DNA of 64,000 nt from an uncultured delta proteobacterium (GCA_963736855.1 CAVTQK010000021.1:1-64000); one strand, 5' to 3'; positions 31,156 to 41,865 are shown, counted from the first letter of the stretch. Translations and numbers: made by a program. The notes: a model not told the origin generated them from the letters alone.

Positions 31156-31273
31156 TGAATTTGCCGAACTGAGCCGGTTTTTTTGGAAAAAGCGTGGATA
31201 TCTATTTCCATTTTTCTGCGCGGGATTCAAAAGCGATCCCGGTAGCGATAATCGGTGTAGAGAACAAATAAAC

Positions 31274-31460
31274 TGTCCGGGTTTGTAACACATAAACCAT
31301 CCGGTTTATGAAGTCACCGAGAAGGTGGACTTATAAAGCGGACACAGTGGTTACAGGAGACTCGGATGATGCGGTTTGAGGAAGCATATTTTGGTTGGAG
31401 TGAAGATCGGTTAACGCAGCGGGAGGCGGCGCGGTTGTTGGGGGGTTGCGACAGATGTGA
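31274..31460 (+). mobile_element. ISNCY-type transposase remnant (left end plus HTH N-terminus)
   Basis: IKRTQWLQETRMMRFEEAYFGWSEDRLTQREAARLLGGCDR, with ATA where a start is expected, then truncation; TGT-starting end candidate at 31274. Confidence 0.65.
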
Positions 31461-31700
31461 ATATGATCCGACAACATGAGGCCGGGGATCAACGACTAAG
31501 GCAGATTTGAACGTTATAGGAAATGCTGAATCGAGGAAGCAATGAATCATAATGCGCTTGAATAGCAACTGCATTGGGAAAAGGTGGCCCAATTGTCGCA
31601 AGGCTTCGAGATCATCGGCATCGATGAATTTCAGGAGGGCAGACGCCCCCAAAAACTTTTCTAGGTAACGCTCCGAAAGAAACGATGATGTATTCATCAT

Positions 31701-32282
31701 CTACTTGTTTTCCTGAAGATTTTTCTGCTGTTGTGTTGCCGTCCTTACGGCTTCTCTGATGGCTTTATTATTAGGATCAATGGCAAGAAGTCCCTTCCAG
31801 AGTACGATGGCTTTATTGAGGTTACCTTTTCTGTATTCCTCGAACCCCTGTTTGGAAAGTGTACTCTGGCAATAGGAGAGCTTCATATTCAAATCAGTAT
31901 TATCAAAGGAGAGCAATTGTTCAACACCTCTAAATTTCGCATAATTATTATGCAGGACATAATACGTTCTGCCCGCACCCTCCAAGTCCCCCATCTCTAA
32001 TCTCTTGTCGGCGATTGACTTGATTCCACCGAGGCTTTTCGCATACTCTTTGATCAGGGACTGATCCTGTGGATGCTTCCGATATTCGTCACTGTAGATG
32101 TCAATCGCCTTCTGGTACTCACCTGCCTCCATATGTTTTTTAGCCAGATTTGCAGCTTGACTTGATGTCTGTACAGAACTTTTTGGTGATACCGAGCTTT
32201 TTTTCTCAGCACAAGACTGGCACAGGAGCAAGGATATGAGGACGAAGAGAAGCAGTTTTGGCCTTAAGAGATCCGTCATCAA
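31701..32282 (-). CDS. TPR-containing putative lipoprotein
   Basis: Hydrophobic signal ending in Cys; TPR-like GEYQKAI and AIDPNN. Confidence 0.75.
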   Translation of the reverse strand: MMTDLLRPKLLLFVLISLLLCQSCAEKKSSVSPKSSVQTSSQAANLAKKHMEAGEYQKAIDIYSDEYRKHPQDQSLIKEYAKSLGGIKSIADKRLEMGDLEGAGRTYYVLHNNYAKFRGVEQLLSFDNTDLNMKLSYCQSTLSKQGFEEYRKGNLNKAIVLWKGLLAIDPNNKAIREAVRTATQQQKNLQENK

Positions 32283-33742
32283 ACCACCTTCAAAACAGAT
32301 AGCGGCCTGGGATAGGAGCTGTGCCTTTCTATCTGCTCGATGAAGACGGCAACAAGATTCGGACGGAACTGCACACCTGACATTCGATTAATCTCTCTCA
32401 AGGCTTCCTTCTCGGAGAGCGCCTTCCTGTAAGGCCTGTCCGAGGTCATCGCATCAAACGTATCCGCTATGGATATAATCGCTGCAAACAGGGGAATATT
32501 GTCTCCGACCAATCCGTCAGGATAACCTTTGCCGTTGTACCATTCATGGTGGTGGCGGGTGGAGGGAATATACTTAGCCAACGAGGGAGCCCAGCTGAGA
32601 ATGGAGGAGCCGTACTCTACATGGTGCATCATCTCCTTATATTCAGCAGGGCTCAGTTTACCTGGCTTGAGCAAAATTGAGTCAGGCGTCTTGATCTTTC
32701 CCACGTCATGAAAGAGACATGCGACCTCAAGATCGGTTAGCTCATCACTGGAAAGCCCTATCTGTTTGCCGATGAGAAGGGATAGCTGAGCGACCCGTGC
32801 AGAATGCCCATGGGTATAGGAGTCTCTTGCATCTATGGCTGCAGCCACCACTTTGACTATGGAAACATACGCCTCTTCGAGATCGAGGGCATATTTATTC
32901 AGTTTGCCCCTCTGTTCCGCGATCTGTGCAGACATTTCATTGAAATTGCGTGTCAGATGACCCAACTCATCCTGAGAATAGATCCTGAGCGGCTTCTTGG
33001 CGGTTCCGTTTTTCAATTCATCTACACCTGCGGAGAGTTCTTTTATGGGCTTAATGAGGAATGATGCGAGCAGCGAACTCGCAAAGATTCCTAGTACTAC
33101 AATTATTCCGAATACAATGAGTATCCTATAAGTAACTTTTCCCTGCGCCTCCATCAGGACAGACCTGTTCATGCCGAGGATCACATTGCCCAGCGGCTTC
33201 TTCATGAAAGCGATGGGGCACGATATTTCAAATATGGTACCTGACGGGTTTGGCAACTCTCTTATTATTGTCCCGTCAACAGCCTTTCTAAGAAGGCGAC
33301 CCTGTTTGAAAAGCATGGTTTCCCCGATCATCGGAGTGTCGCTATGAACGATAACATTCATGGTTGGATCGACGATGGCCACATAAGGCATGTCGCTATT
33401 TGATGACCTGGCCTTATAAACAAGATTATCCAGGCCCAGGAGATCCCCTGACAGAAGACTGTACCCTGCCGACGCAGCGATGCTCTTGCCTACGGATTCT
33501 CCTCTTTTAATGATCTCATTCAGTACGTAGTCGTTCATGATTTGAATCGTCATGATGCAAAGGGCAAAAGATGTACAGGTGAGAAGTATAACTGTAAAAA
33601 AAGTGATTTTGAACCGCAGGCTTGCAGACCGGAATCGCTGTGCCATCAGTAGCAGTGTGGCCTTGAAGAACCCCATCAGCGCAAGAATGTAGGATGCTAT
33701 CTTAGTGGCAAAAGAATGCTGCCAAGCAATCTTAGTAAACAC
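32279..33742 (-). CDS. Membrane HAMP + HD-GYP c-di-GMP phosphodiesterase; start uncertain
   Basis: Two TMs, HAMP (DELGHLTRNFNEM), HSARV, HDVGK, HHEWYNGKGYP and DAMTSDRPYR. Confidence 0.9.
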   Translation of the reverse strand: MFTKIAWQHSFATKIASYILALMGFFKATLLLMAQRFRSASLRFKITFFTVILLTCTSFALCIMTIQIMNDYVLNEIIKRGESVGKSIAASAGYSLLSGDLLGLDNLVYKARSSNSDMPYVAIVDPTMNVIVHSDTPMIGETMLFKQGRLLRKAVDGTIIRELPNPSGTIFEISCPIAFMKKPLGNVILGMNRSVLMEAQGKVTYRILIVFGIIVVLGIFASSLLASFLIKPIKELSAGVDELKNGTAKKPLRIYSQDELGHLTRNFNEMSAQIAEQRGKLNKYALDLEEAYVSIVKVVAAAIDARDSYTHGHSARVAQLSLLIGKQIGLSSDELTDLEVACLFHDVGKIKTPDSILLKPGKLSPAEYKEMMHHVEYGSSILSWAPSLAKYIPSTRHHHEWYNGKGYPDGLVGDNIPLFAAIISIADTFDAMTSDRPYRKALSEKEALREINRMSGVQFRPNLVAVFIEQIERHSSYPRPLSVLKVV

Positions 33743-33978
33743 GGATGACTACCCCAATATTCGCATCATTCGCAAGTTTGGCATGGAAGATGCCGGAGTA
33801 TGAGTTGCCATATAAAAGAAATGATAAGAACGCTTTTTTCCAAGCGGAGTAATCGAGAAAATGAGTTGTATATCGGCATCATCTGTGACACAAGATACGG
33901 GGCACACAGTTCTCATAGCCGACGGGTTTTAATTATCGGAAAGAGGGTAAGATGTCAATCGGGATTTAATTTTATCAT

Positions 33979-34013
33979 CCCCACCCGAATCCTCCCCCAT
34001 CGATGGGGAGGGG
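33979..34013. repeat. REP-like palindrome
   Basis: CCCCACCCGAATCCTCCCCCATCGATGGGGAGGGG, containing a CCTCCCC/GGGGAGG stem. Confidence 0.5.
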
Positions 34014-34055
34014 AAAAAACAGGTTTTTGCTCTAATTAAGTTCCTTGGAAGCTCT

Positions 34056-34922
34056 TTATCCCGATCGCAAATTTGATAGAAATTCCTCTATTTTATCCGG
34101 TGAGACAGGTTTCATCTCGGCCAACGGCTTATCGGTGACATCTTTCCTGAAACGACTGGCAAAAGTTTCGCGCGGCGCGCTTTGGAACAGGATACCCGTG
34201 GGCATTCTGTCACCCGTCTCCAGAACTTTTTTCAAAGCAGATTCGCGGTTGCTCGGGTCATAATCGTTTCCGAGGTTATATACTCTTTCCTTATACCAGC
34301 TCATCGGGTGCGTTCCCCATGTTATGCAAGGCTGGATCACTTCAACATAGGAAAACCCGGTATGTTGAATTGCTGCCACTAGAATAGATTTTAACTGATC
34401 CATATCCCCAGCAAATCCTCTGGCCACAAACGTGCAGTTTTGTATGATGGCGATGGCAGGCATATTCAACGGCGCAATCTCCACGCCGTGAATTTGAAGG
34501 CTGCGTTTTTCCCCAATTCTTGTGGTCGGGGAAGCCTGGCCTTTGGTAAGCGCATAAAATTCGTTGTTATGGACCACGATCGTTATGTCGGGATTGCGAC
34601 GCAGCGCATGGAGGAAATGATTTCCGCCTTCACCATAGCAATCGCCTTCACCGGTAACGACGATGGTCGTCAGAAGCGGGTTGGCTGCATGAATACCCAA
34701 TGCCGCCGGAATGGCCCTTCCGTGCAATCCATTAAAAAAATTGCATTTAAGATAATGCGGAAATTTAGCGGCCTGGCCGATGCCCGATACCAGACAAATC
34801 TCATGCGGCATCTTCCCCAGATCTGCCAAAGCCATTTTGAAAGCGTTCAGGATACCAAAATTGGAACAGCCCGGACACCACTGTATTTCAACGCTGTTTT
34901 TGTAGTCTTCGATGCTATTCAT
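34056..34922 (-). CDS. 2-oxoacid:ferredoxin oxidoreductase beta subunit
   Basis: WCPGC, SGIG, LHGR, GEGD TPP motif, LTKGQASPT and QPCITW. Confidence 0.93.
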   Translation of the reverse strand: MNSIEDYKNSVEIQWCPGCSNFGILNAFKMALADLGKMPHEICLVSGIGQAAKFPHYLKCNFFNGLHGRAIPAALGIHAANPLLTTIVVTGEGDCYGEGGNHFLHALRRNPDITIVVHNNEFYALTKGQASPTTRIGEKRSLQIHGVEIAPLNMPAIAIIQNCTFVARGFAGDMDQLKSILVAAIQHTGFSYVEVIQPCITWGTHPMSWYKERVYNLGNDYDPSNRESALKKVLETGDRMPTGILFQSAPRETFASRFRKDVTDKPLAEMKPVSPDKIEEFLSNLRSG

Positions 34923-36588
34923 TGAAGGACCTCCTCACATAACTTCCGGTCAACGGCAGGCCGTCATACCGATTGATAGCACCGGCAAATGTGATTCCGT
35001 ATTCAGAGCGCAACAGTTTTGCCAATTGACCGGTGGCATTGTTTTCAACAACCCAGTATTTCTTCCGTTCCGGGAACTGGTATTGAGGCAGCGGCCATAA
35101 TTCCGTGAAGTGAATCATCCCTGCCCTGATCCCATCCTGGTCAAGCAGTTCAATTCCATCCATCAGGGCCTGTCTTGAAGATCCCCATCCCACAAGGATG
35201 TTGTCTGACCCATCGGCATCGATTTCCTCTGGCAGGTTGATGGCTGCTTTCAGGCTTTGAAATTTCGCGAGCCGTTTCTCCACCATCGCAATGACTGTGC
35301 CGGAAAGGTCCTCGGTGATGTGTCCCCATGCGTCGTGTTCATCGCTATCGGCTGTTACCAGATGCATGCCTTGTCCCGGATACAGGCGCGGCGATATGCC
35401 GCTTTGAGTTATCTGGTAGCGCTGGTAATCTTTGATTTTTGATGGATCAGCAAGACAGTATGTGGGCTTTAGCCCTGTCGGTATGATATCTTCCACTGAA
35501 AAGATGGAATCCATAAGGAATTGATCGGTGAGTAATATGACCGGTATCTGATACTTGTCGGCCAGATCAAACGCGCGCAAGGTTTTCTTAAAGATATCCT
35601 CAATATTGGCTGGCGCAAGCACCATTTTGGGGAATTCGCCATGACCGGCATTGATGGAAAATAAAAGATCCCCTTGCGCCGTTCGGGTCGGCAAACCTGT
35701 AGCCGGGCCGGGTCGCTGGGCCAGGACGATGACCAACGGTGTTTCTGTCATCCCGGCCAAACTGATGGCTTCTACCATCAGTGCAAAGCCGCCGCCGGAA
35801 GTGGCCGTCATGGCTCTTGCCCCGGCAAAGCTGGCTCCAATCGCCATGTTTACGGCGGCGATTTCATCTTCGGCCTGTTCCGTAAACACCCCTAAATCCT
35901 TTTCGTTTTGAGCAAGAATAGTGATAATATCGGTAGAAGGCGACATCGGGTAAGCCGCCATGAAGCGACACCCGGCAAGGACAGCTGCCGTGGCAAGCGC
36001 TTCTTTTCCCGCTATGAGGTTGTAATGAGCATCCAGTTTGGGCAGACGCCAGGGGCAGACGCCCTTGCAACCATCACTGGCAAGGGTATAGCCTTTCGCG
36101 GCCGCTGCAAAATTTTCCGCAATAACCTTTTCCCCTTTTTGGGCAAATTTTTGAGCCAGCACATGGTTGAGAACCTCAAGCTCCATCCCGACAACGGCCA
36201 CCAATGCGCCGATGGCCACCGTGTTGGCGTAAATTTTATTTCCCATTCCCTTCTGGGCGATTTCTGAAAAGGCAATGGTGATCATCTGCTCTCTGGTATT
36301 CTTCTGCGCGATGAGAATGCCGTCTTCTTTAATCAATGGTTCGTATTTCTTGACAGCGCCTTCATTTAACGCAAGAAGAATATCCGCTTTCATGCGCGGC
36401 GCATTGGTCGGTTTCTCGCTGATTCTGATGGAATAACTGTTTTGGCCGCCACGGATTCTGGATTCAAATTCTTGCCAGGCAAATACCGCGTATCCGTGAG
36501 CCGCTATCGTATCGGCAAGCACTTCCCCGACAGTTTGCACACCTTCACCGGCTGCACCGACGATGACAACATTCAGGTCATTCATCAT
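34915..36588 (-). CDS. 2-oxoacid:ferredoxin oxidoreductase alpha subunit (gamma-alpha fusion)
   Basis: GAAGEGV, SRIRGG, YPMSPS, EDEIAA, TSGGG and RPGPATGLPT. Confidence 0.93.
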   Translation of the reverse strand: MMNDLNVVIVGAAGEGVQTVGEVLADTIAAHGYAVFAWQEFESRIRGGQNSYSIRISEKPTNAPRMKADILLALNEGAVKKYEPLIKEDGILIAQKNTREQMITIAFSEIAQKGMGNKIYANTVAIGALVAVVGMELEVLNHVLAQKFAQKGEKVIAENFAAAAKGYTLASDGCKGVCPWRLPKLDAHYNLIAGKEALATAAVLAGCRFMAAYPMSPSTDIITILAQNEKDLGVFTEQAEDEIAAVNMAIGASFAGARAMTATSGGGFALMVEAISLAGMTETPLVIVLAQRPGPATGLPTRTAQGDLLFSINAGHGEFPKMVLAPANIEDIFKKTLRAFDLADKYQIPVILLTDQFLMDSIFSVEDIIPTGLKPTYCLADPSKIKDYQRYQITQSGISPRLYPGQGMHLVTADSDEHDAWGHITEDLSGTVIAMVEKRLAKFQSLKAAINLPEEIDADGSDNILVGWGSSRQALMDGIELLDQDGIRAGMIHFTELWPLPQYQFPERKKYWVVENNATGQLAKLLRSEYGITFAGAINRYDGLPLTGSYVRRSFNE

Positions 36589-36786
36589 TGATTGGCTCCT
36601 CTATCCTTAAAGTCATTTACTTATGGCGTTGCCATTATCCTTAGAACCATGTTTGACCCTCAAACACCGGCGCATCCGGCATCTTTCCGGAGAGTTTACT
36701 CTCTCCATATTTCATGGGATAGATAACAGTCAGAATACCGGTTAAGACGACAAGATTAAACTACTACCGGCTTCAGCCGGTAGTAG

Positions 36787-36918
36787 TTTAATTGAATAAA
36801 AACCGTAATAGCAAACCATCTGCTCGCCCCGGTTCGGGATATGAGTGGAAAGTTGCGCCAGCCGGTCGAGGGGGTCAAATATTTTGGACGATGTGTCACC
36901 TTTGGACTCGTATATGAC
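36787..36918 (-). mobile_element. IS91-family transposase fragment
   Basis: Manual translation VIYESKGDTSSKIFDPLDRLAQLSTHIPNRGEQMVCYYGFYSIK matches the HIP...(R)YYG(F)YS C-terminal signature. Confidence 0.7.
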
Positions 36919-37304
36919 CGGCTGACCGCCGATGGCATTGACTGTCTTTTAACGCCTCATAGCAATATGCAAAAAGGGTGTGGGTCCTCTCACCTGAAGA
37001 GCGGGCGCACCGTCAATTACTCAGGACCCGGAGGTAGATCATCGATCAACGCTCAGATGTCATTTGCAAGATCAAGAACCTGCTGTTATTCCACAGTATC
37101 GATGTCCCTTACTCAAGCCGCCGCCAGTGGACCGGTCCCTTTATAAGGTGGCTTCATGATATGGGAAACTTTAACCTAAATTGATCGTTTTCAATTTGGC
37201 AAAAAAGAATTGTGTTTGAATATCCTTGTGTTGGAACGGAGTTGACCATTCCAATTGCCCACCCGTCGGGTGTACCATAAAAGGCATGCAGTGGAATTAT
37301 TTGC

Positions 37305-37435
37305 CAAATTGAAAACCCTTTGGGATTTCCGATTTCACCGCATCTGCTACGTTGCCGAAAGCTCGACGTACGAATTGTACGCCTTCGCTTCCGGACGCCT
37401 TGCATCTGCGGCAAATTCGAAAATCGCTCAATTTA
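37305..37435. repeat. About 130-nt imperfect rod-like palindrome (MITE/REP-like or ncRNA)
   Basis: Nested pairings AAATTGA/TCAATTT, CCGCA/TGCGG, CCGAAAGC/GCTTCCGG and apical CGTAC/GTACG. Confidence 0.55.
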
Positions 37436-37490
37436 AGTTTCATTTAAAAAGTACCGAATATTAAGCCAGAGCTGGAACCGTTCATCATTT

Positions 37491-39029
37491 TTATAAGGCT
37501 TCAGAGCGATCCACCGGGTGTCGCTTGAGGTACTCGAGACGGTTTAAACCGTTGACGAATGCCCTGGCGCTGGCGGTGATGATGTCCGGATCCGCTCCTT
37601 TACCGAGGGCGATTAGGCCGTTTTCCCCCAACCGCACGGTGACTTCCCCGAGGGCATCCGTGCCGCTGGTGATGGCGCTTACGGAAAACCGGAGGAGTTC
37701 GGCTTTCGTGCCGGTCAATTTTGAGATGCTCTCGAATGCGGCGTCGATGGGGCCGTTTCCGTATGCGGCTCCGCGCACCATCCTTCCGTTGACGGTGAGC
37801 TGGACACTGGCCATGGGGAGCACGGTGGTGCCGCACGTCACGTGAAGATACTCAAGCTTAAAGGTATCCGCCGTTCTGAGGATTCCTTCCGTTACGATGA
37901 CTTCCAGGTCTTCGTCCACCACATGTTTTTTCTTGTCCGCAAGTTCCTTGAACCGGGTAAAAACAAGCTTGAGTTCTTCGTCGGACAAATCGTAGCCCAT
38001 GTCCTTCAAGCGGTTGCGCAGAGCATGACGGCCGCTGTGTTTTCCCAGGACGAGGCGGTTGGTGCTTAAGCCCACGGTCTCCGGCTTCATGATTTCATAC
38101 GTCATAGGGTTCTTCAGGACACCGTCTTGATGGATTCCGGCTTCGTGAGCAAAAGCATTGGCGCCAACGATGGCCTTGTTGGGTTGGACAATGATGCCGG
38201 TGATCATGCTCGTTAGACGGCTGGTAGGATAAATTTGCTCGGTTCGGATCCCCGTAGTCAAGGGGAAAAAGTTTGGCCGGGTGTGAAGCGCCATAACGAC
38301 TTCTTCCAGAGAAGTGTTTCCGGCCCGTTCACCGATCCCGTTGATCGTCACTTCGGCCTGACGGGCGCCGGCGCTTAGGGCGGCCAGGGTGTTGGACGTG
38401 GCCAATCCCAGATCGTTGTGGCAATGGACGCTGAGTACGGCTTTTCCGATGTTGGGAACATGAGATCGGACGTACTCAACCAGCTTGGCGAACTCCTCGG
38501 GAATGGCGTACCCTACGGTGTCCGGAAGGTTGACCACGGTGGCCCCGGCTTCGATGGCCGCTTCGAATATCCGGCACAAAAAGTCACGGTCGCTTCGCGA
38601 ACCGTCCTCAGCGGAAAATTCGACGTTTTCCGTTAATGTTTTGGAGTAACGCACCGCTTCCACGGCAGTCGATAACACCTCCTCACGGCTCATTTTGAGC
38701 TTGTGGGTCAAGTGGATGTCCGAAGTGGCGATGAAGGTGTGTATCTTCGGTTTTACGGCGTGGCGGACAGCCCCCCAGGCGCGGTCGATATCATTTTTAG
38801 ATGTTCGGGCCAGTCCGGCCACCTCGGCATTTTTGATCTTTTTTGAGATTTCCGAGACCGCTTCGAAATCCCCTTCCGAAGCTGCGGGGAATCCGGCTTC
38901 GATGATATCGACTCCCAATTTTTCCAGTTGGGTGGCGAGGCGCAGCTTTTCAGCGGTATTCATGCTGGCGCCGGGAGACTGCTCCCCGTCGCGCAGGGTG
39001 GTATCGAAGATAAAGACTCTTTCAATCAT
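37491..39029 (-). CDS. leuA: 2-isopropylmalate synthase
   Basis: DTTLRDGEQSPG, HCHNDLG, GERAGN and HEAGIHQDG; C-terminal regulatory domain. Confidence 0.96.
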   Translation of the reverse strand: MIERVFIFDTTLRDGEQSPGASMNTAEKLRLATQLEKLGVDIIEAGFPAASEGDFEAVSEISKKIKNAEVAGLARTSKNDIDRAWGAVRHAVKPKIHTFIATSDIHLTHKLKMSREEVLSTAVEAVRYSKTLTENVEFSAEDGSRSDRDFLCRIFEAAIEAGATVVNLPDTVGYAIPEEFAKLVEYVRSHVPNIGKAVLSVHCHNDLGLATSNTLAALSAGARQAEVTINGIGERAGNTSLEEVVMALHTRPNFFPLTTGIRTEQIYPTSRLTSMITGIIVQPNKAIVGANAFAHEAGIHQDGVLKNPMTYEIMKPETVGLSTNRLVLGKHSGRHALRNRLKDMGYDLSDEELKLVFTRFKELADKKKHVVDEDLEVIVTEGILRTADTFKLEYLHVTCGTTVLPMASVQLTVNGRMVRGAAYGNGPIDAAFESISKLTGTKAELLRFSVSAITSGTDALGEVTVRLGENGLIALGKGADPDIITASARAFVNGLNRLEYLKRHPVDRSEAL

Positions 39030-40665
39030 TGTTATGACTCCTCTTTTCTATACGTCGTGGGTATCCGATGTTTTTTTCGGCGGAAAGTTTGTACTGAAAG
39101 CTGTCTTCCAGAGCCTTCCAGCTGGCTTCGATGATATCTTTAGACACGCCGATAGTACTCCAGATCTGATCCTGATCCCGGGAATCGATGAGCACGCGAA
39201 CCTTGGATGCGGTTCCTTCTCGACCGTCGATGACGCGCACCTTGAAATCCACCAGGTGCATGCTGTTGATTTCCGGGAAAAAGGTCTGCAACGCCTTGCG
39301 CAGGGCGTTGTCCAGGGCGCTCACCGGACCGTCTCCTTCCGCAGCGGTGATCTCCTGCTTCCCTCCCACGGAGATCTTTATGGTGGCATGTGCATTGCAT
39401 GGTTCATCCCGGTTCTTTTCGATGGTCACACGGAAAGATTCGAGTTCGAACAGGGGGTGAAATTGGTCGGTCAGCTTTTGGACCAGAATACGGAAAGAGC
39501 CTTCGGCAGCATCGAACTGATAACCCTTCTGTTCGAGATCCTTGATCAGAGACACAATCTTTCGGCTGTCGTGGCCGTTCCCGCCCAGTTCGATCCCGAG
39601 TTCCCTTGCCTTGTATTCGATGTTGCTTTTCCCGGACAAGTCCGACACAAGAACCCGCCGGCTGTTGCCGACGAGTTCCGGATCGATGTGTTCATAGGCC
39701 CTCGGGATCTTCATGACGGCGCTCACATGGATGCCGCCCTTGTGGGCAAAGGCGCTTTTTCCCACGAAGGGCTGGCTGTTGAGTGGGATGATATTGGCAG
39801 TTTCGCTGATGATTTGGGAGATCCGCTTTAAATAGATCATGTTTTCCGGAGGGATGCACGGCCGGTTGAGTTTGAGGGCGATGATCGGGATGAGTGTAAC
39901 GAGGTCGGCGTTTCCGCACCGTTCCCCGTAGCCGTTGATGGTTCCCTGGACCAGCGTGGCCCCGGCTCTAACCGCCGACAAAGTATTGGCCACGGCAAGG
40001 CCGCAGTCGTTGTGGGTGTGAATGCCCAGGACGATGGACCTGTCCCCGGCTGTTAAACCCTGGTTCTCCGCCAAACGGGCGTTCACCTTGCGGACGACGG
40101 CTTCGATTTCATGAGGGAGTGTGCCGCCGTTGGTATCGCAGAGCACGATGCTTTCCGCTCCACCCTCGGCGGCGGCTAAAAGCGTTTCAATCGCATAGTC
40201 AGGGTCGTCCTTGTAGCCGTCGAAGAAGTGCTCGGCATCGTAGACGATTTCCCGGCCTTTCGCCTTCAGATACGCCATCGTATCCCGGATCATGGCGAGG
40301 TTTTCTTTAAGGGTGTTTTCCATCACTTCTTCAACATGCAGGGTCCAGCTTTTTCCGAAGATCGTCACGACCGGTGTCTCGCTTTCGAGGATGGCTTTCA
40401 GGTTATTGTCGTCTTCAGGTGAAATTCCCGGCCTGCGTGTGGCGCCGAAGGCCGCAAGTTTGGCATGTTGAAAGGGGATTGATTTGGCCCTTTCGAAAAA
40501 GAGCTTGTCCCTCGGGTTGGAGCCGGGCCACCCCCCTTCGATGTAGTGGATCCCGAATCGATCCAGGCGTTTCGCGACGGCGATTTTGTCGTCTACGCTG
40601 AAGTTGATGTTTTCCCCCTGGGTGCCGTCTCTGAGAGTGGTGTCGTATAAAAGGATCGGTTTCAT
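39022..40665 (-). CDS. cimA: Citramalate synthase
   Basis: DTTLRDGTQGE, GGWPGSNP, YDAEHFFDG, AHKGGIH and DFKVRV. Confidence 0.92.
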   Translation of the reverse strand: MKPILLYDTTLRDGTQGENINFSVDDKIAVAKRLDRFGIHYIEGGWPGSNPRDKLFFERAKSIPFQHAKLAAFGATRRPGISPEDDNNLKAILESETPVVTIFGKSWTLHVEEVMENTLKENLAMIRDTMAYLKAKGREIVYDAEHFFDGYKDDPDYAIETLLAAAEGGAESIVLCDTNGGTLPHEIEAVVRKVNARLAENQGLTAGDRSIVLGIHTHNDCGLAVANTLSAVRAGATLVQGTINGYGERCGNADLVTLIPIIALKLNRPCIPPENMIYLKRISQIISETANIIPLNSQPFVGKSAFAHKGGIHVSAVMKIPRAYEHIDPELVGNSRRVLVSDLSGKSNIEYKARELGIELGGNGHDSRKIVSLIKDLEQKGYQFDAAEGSFRILVQKLTDQFHPLFELESFRVTIEKNRDEPCNAHATIKISVGGKQEITAAEGDGPVSALDNALRKALQTFFPEINSMHLVDFKVRVIDGREGTASKVRVLIDSRDQDQIWSTIGVSKDIIEASWKALEDSFQYKLSAEKNIGYPRRIEKRSHNND

Positions 40666-40721
40666 CGATTGTCTCTCCTGAGACCGGAGCTCATGGAAAG
40701 TCCCGGTCCATTGATTGAGCC

Positions 40722-41783
40722 TTATTGCTTTCCAGCTTTTCGGTTTTCGGGCCTCAAGCTCCTGACGGCGGCTCCGGCTTTCCACATTTCGGATTCCCGT
40801 ATGACCTCCAGTTCCTTTTCCAGACCCTGCCGGTAATCGGGACGGCTGTTGGCTTCCAGAACCCGCCGGGTTTCTTTTCCGGATACCACGCTTTCATAGA
40901 GCTCGTCGAAAACCGGGAAAACGGCGTCCCGAAAGCGCGGCGACCAATCAAGGGCACCTCTCTGGGCGGTGGTGCTGCAGTTGGCATACATCCAATCCAT
41001 GCCGTTTTCCGCCACCAAGCGGATCAGGCTCTGGGTGAGTTCTTCTACGGTTTCATTGAAAGCTTCGCTGGGGCTGTGCCCTTTTTTACGGAGCACGGTG
41101 TACTGGGCTTCCATGACACCGGCCAGCGCGCCCATCAGGACCCCTCGCTCCCCGGTCAGGTCGCTGTGTACCTCCTTTTCAAAGGTGGTGGGGAAGAGAT
41201 ATCCGGATCCGATGGCAATCCCCAGGGCAAAGGTTCGCTCTGTTGCCTTACCCGTGAAGTCCTGAAATACGGCATAACTGGAATTGATCCCGCTGCCGTT
41301 TAAAAAGTTGTTGCGAACGGTGCGCCCGGAGCCCTTAGGCGCCACCAGGATGACGTCCACGTTTGGGGGTGGAACGACACCGGTCTGATCTCGGTAGGTG
41401 ATGGCAAAACCATGGGAGAAATAAAGAGCATTGCCGGATTTCAGACAGGGTTTGACTTTCGGCCAGAGAGCCACCTGTCCGGCATCGGATAGCAAATACT
41501 GGATGATGGTTCCTTTGCGTGCGGCTTCCTCGATGGGAAAGAGAGACTTTCCGGGGACAAAGCCGTCGGTTATCGCCTTCTCCCAGGATGCGGTCCCTTC
41601 CCTTTGACCTATAATGACCCGGATGCCGTTGTCACGCATGTTCAGGGCTTGTCCGGGACCCTGGACGCCGTACCCGAGAACGGCCACGGTTTCATCTTTG
41701 AGCGCCTTTTCGGCTTTTTCCATTGAAAATTCCTCCGAGGTGATCACATCTTCAATCACCCCGCCAAAATCGATCTTCGCCAT
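40722..41783 (-). CDS. ilvC: Ketol-acid reductoisomerase
   Basis: GYGVQG, FSHGF, VAPKGSG, SDLTGERG and CSTTAQRG. Confidence 0.95.
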   Translation of the reverse strand: MAKIDFGGVIEDVITSEEFSMEKAEKALKDETVAVLGYGVQGPGQALNMRDNGIRVIIGQREGTASWEKAITDGFVPGKSLFPIEEAARKGTIIQYLLSDAGQVALWPKVKPCLKSGNALYFSHGFAITYRDQTGVVPPPNVDVILVAPKGSGRTVRNNFLNGSGINSSYAVFQDFTGKATERTFALGIAIGSGYLFPTTFEKEVHSDLTGERGVLMGALAGVMEAQYTVLRKKGHSPSEAFNETVEELTQSLIRLVAENGMDWMYANCSTTAQRGALDWSPRFRDAVFPVFDELYESVVSGKETRRVLEANSRPDYRQGLEKELEVIRESEMWKAGAAVRSLRPENRKAGKQ

Positions 41784-41865
41784 TAAGTGACTCCTTTCTT
41801 AAAAAATCGTCGTTTGGCATTCCTTAGAGCCGGTCGGCTGATTCTTAAGGACTAATCCGGTAAGA

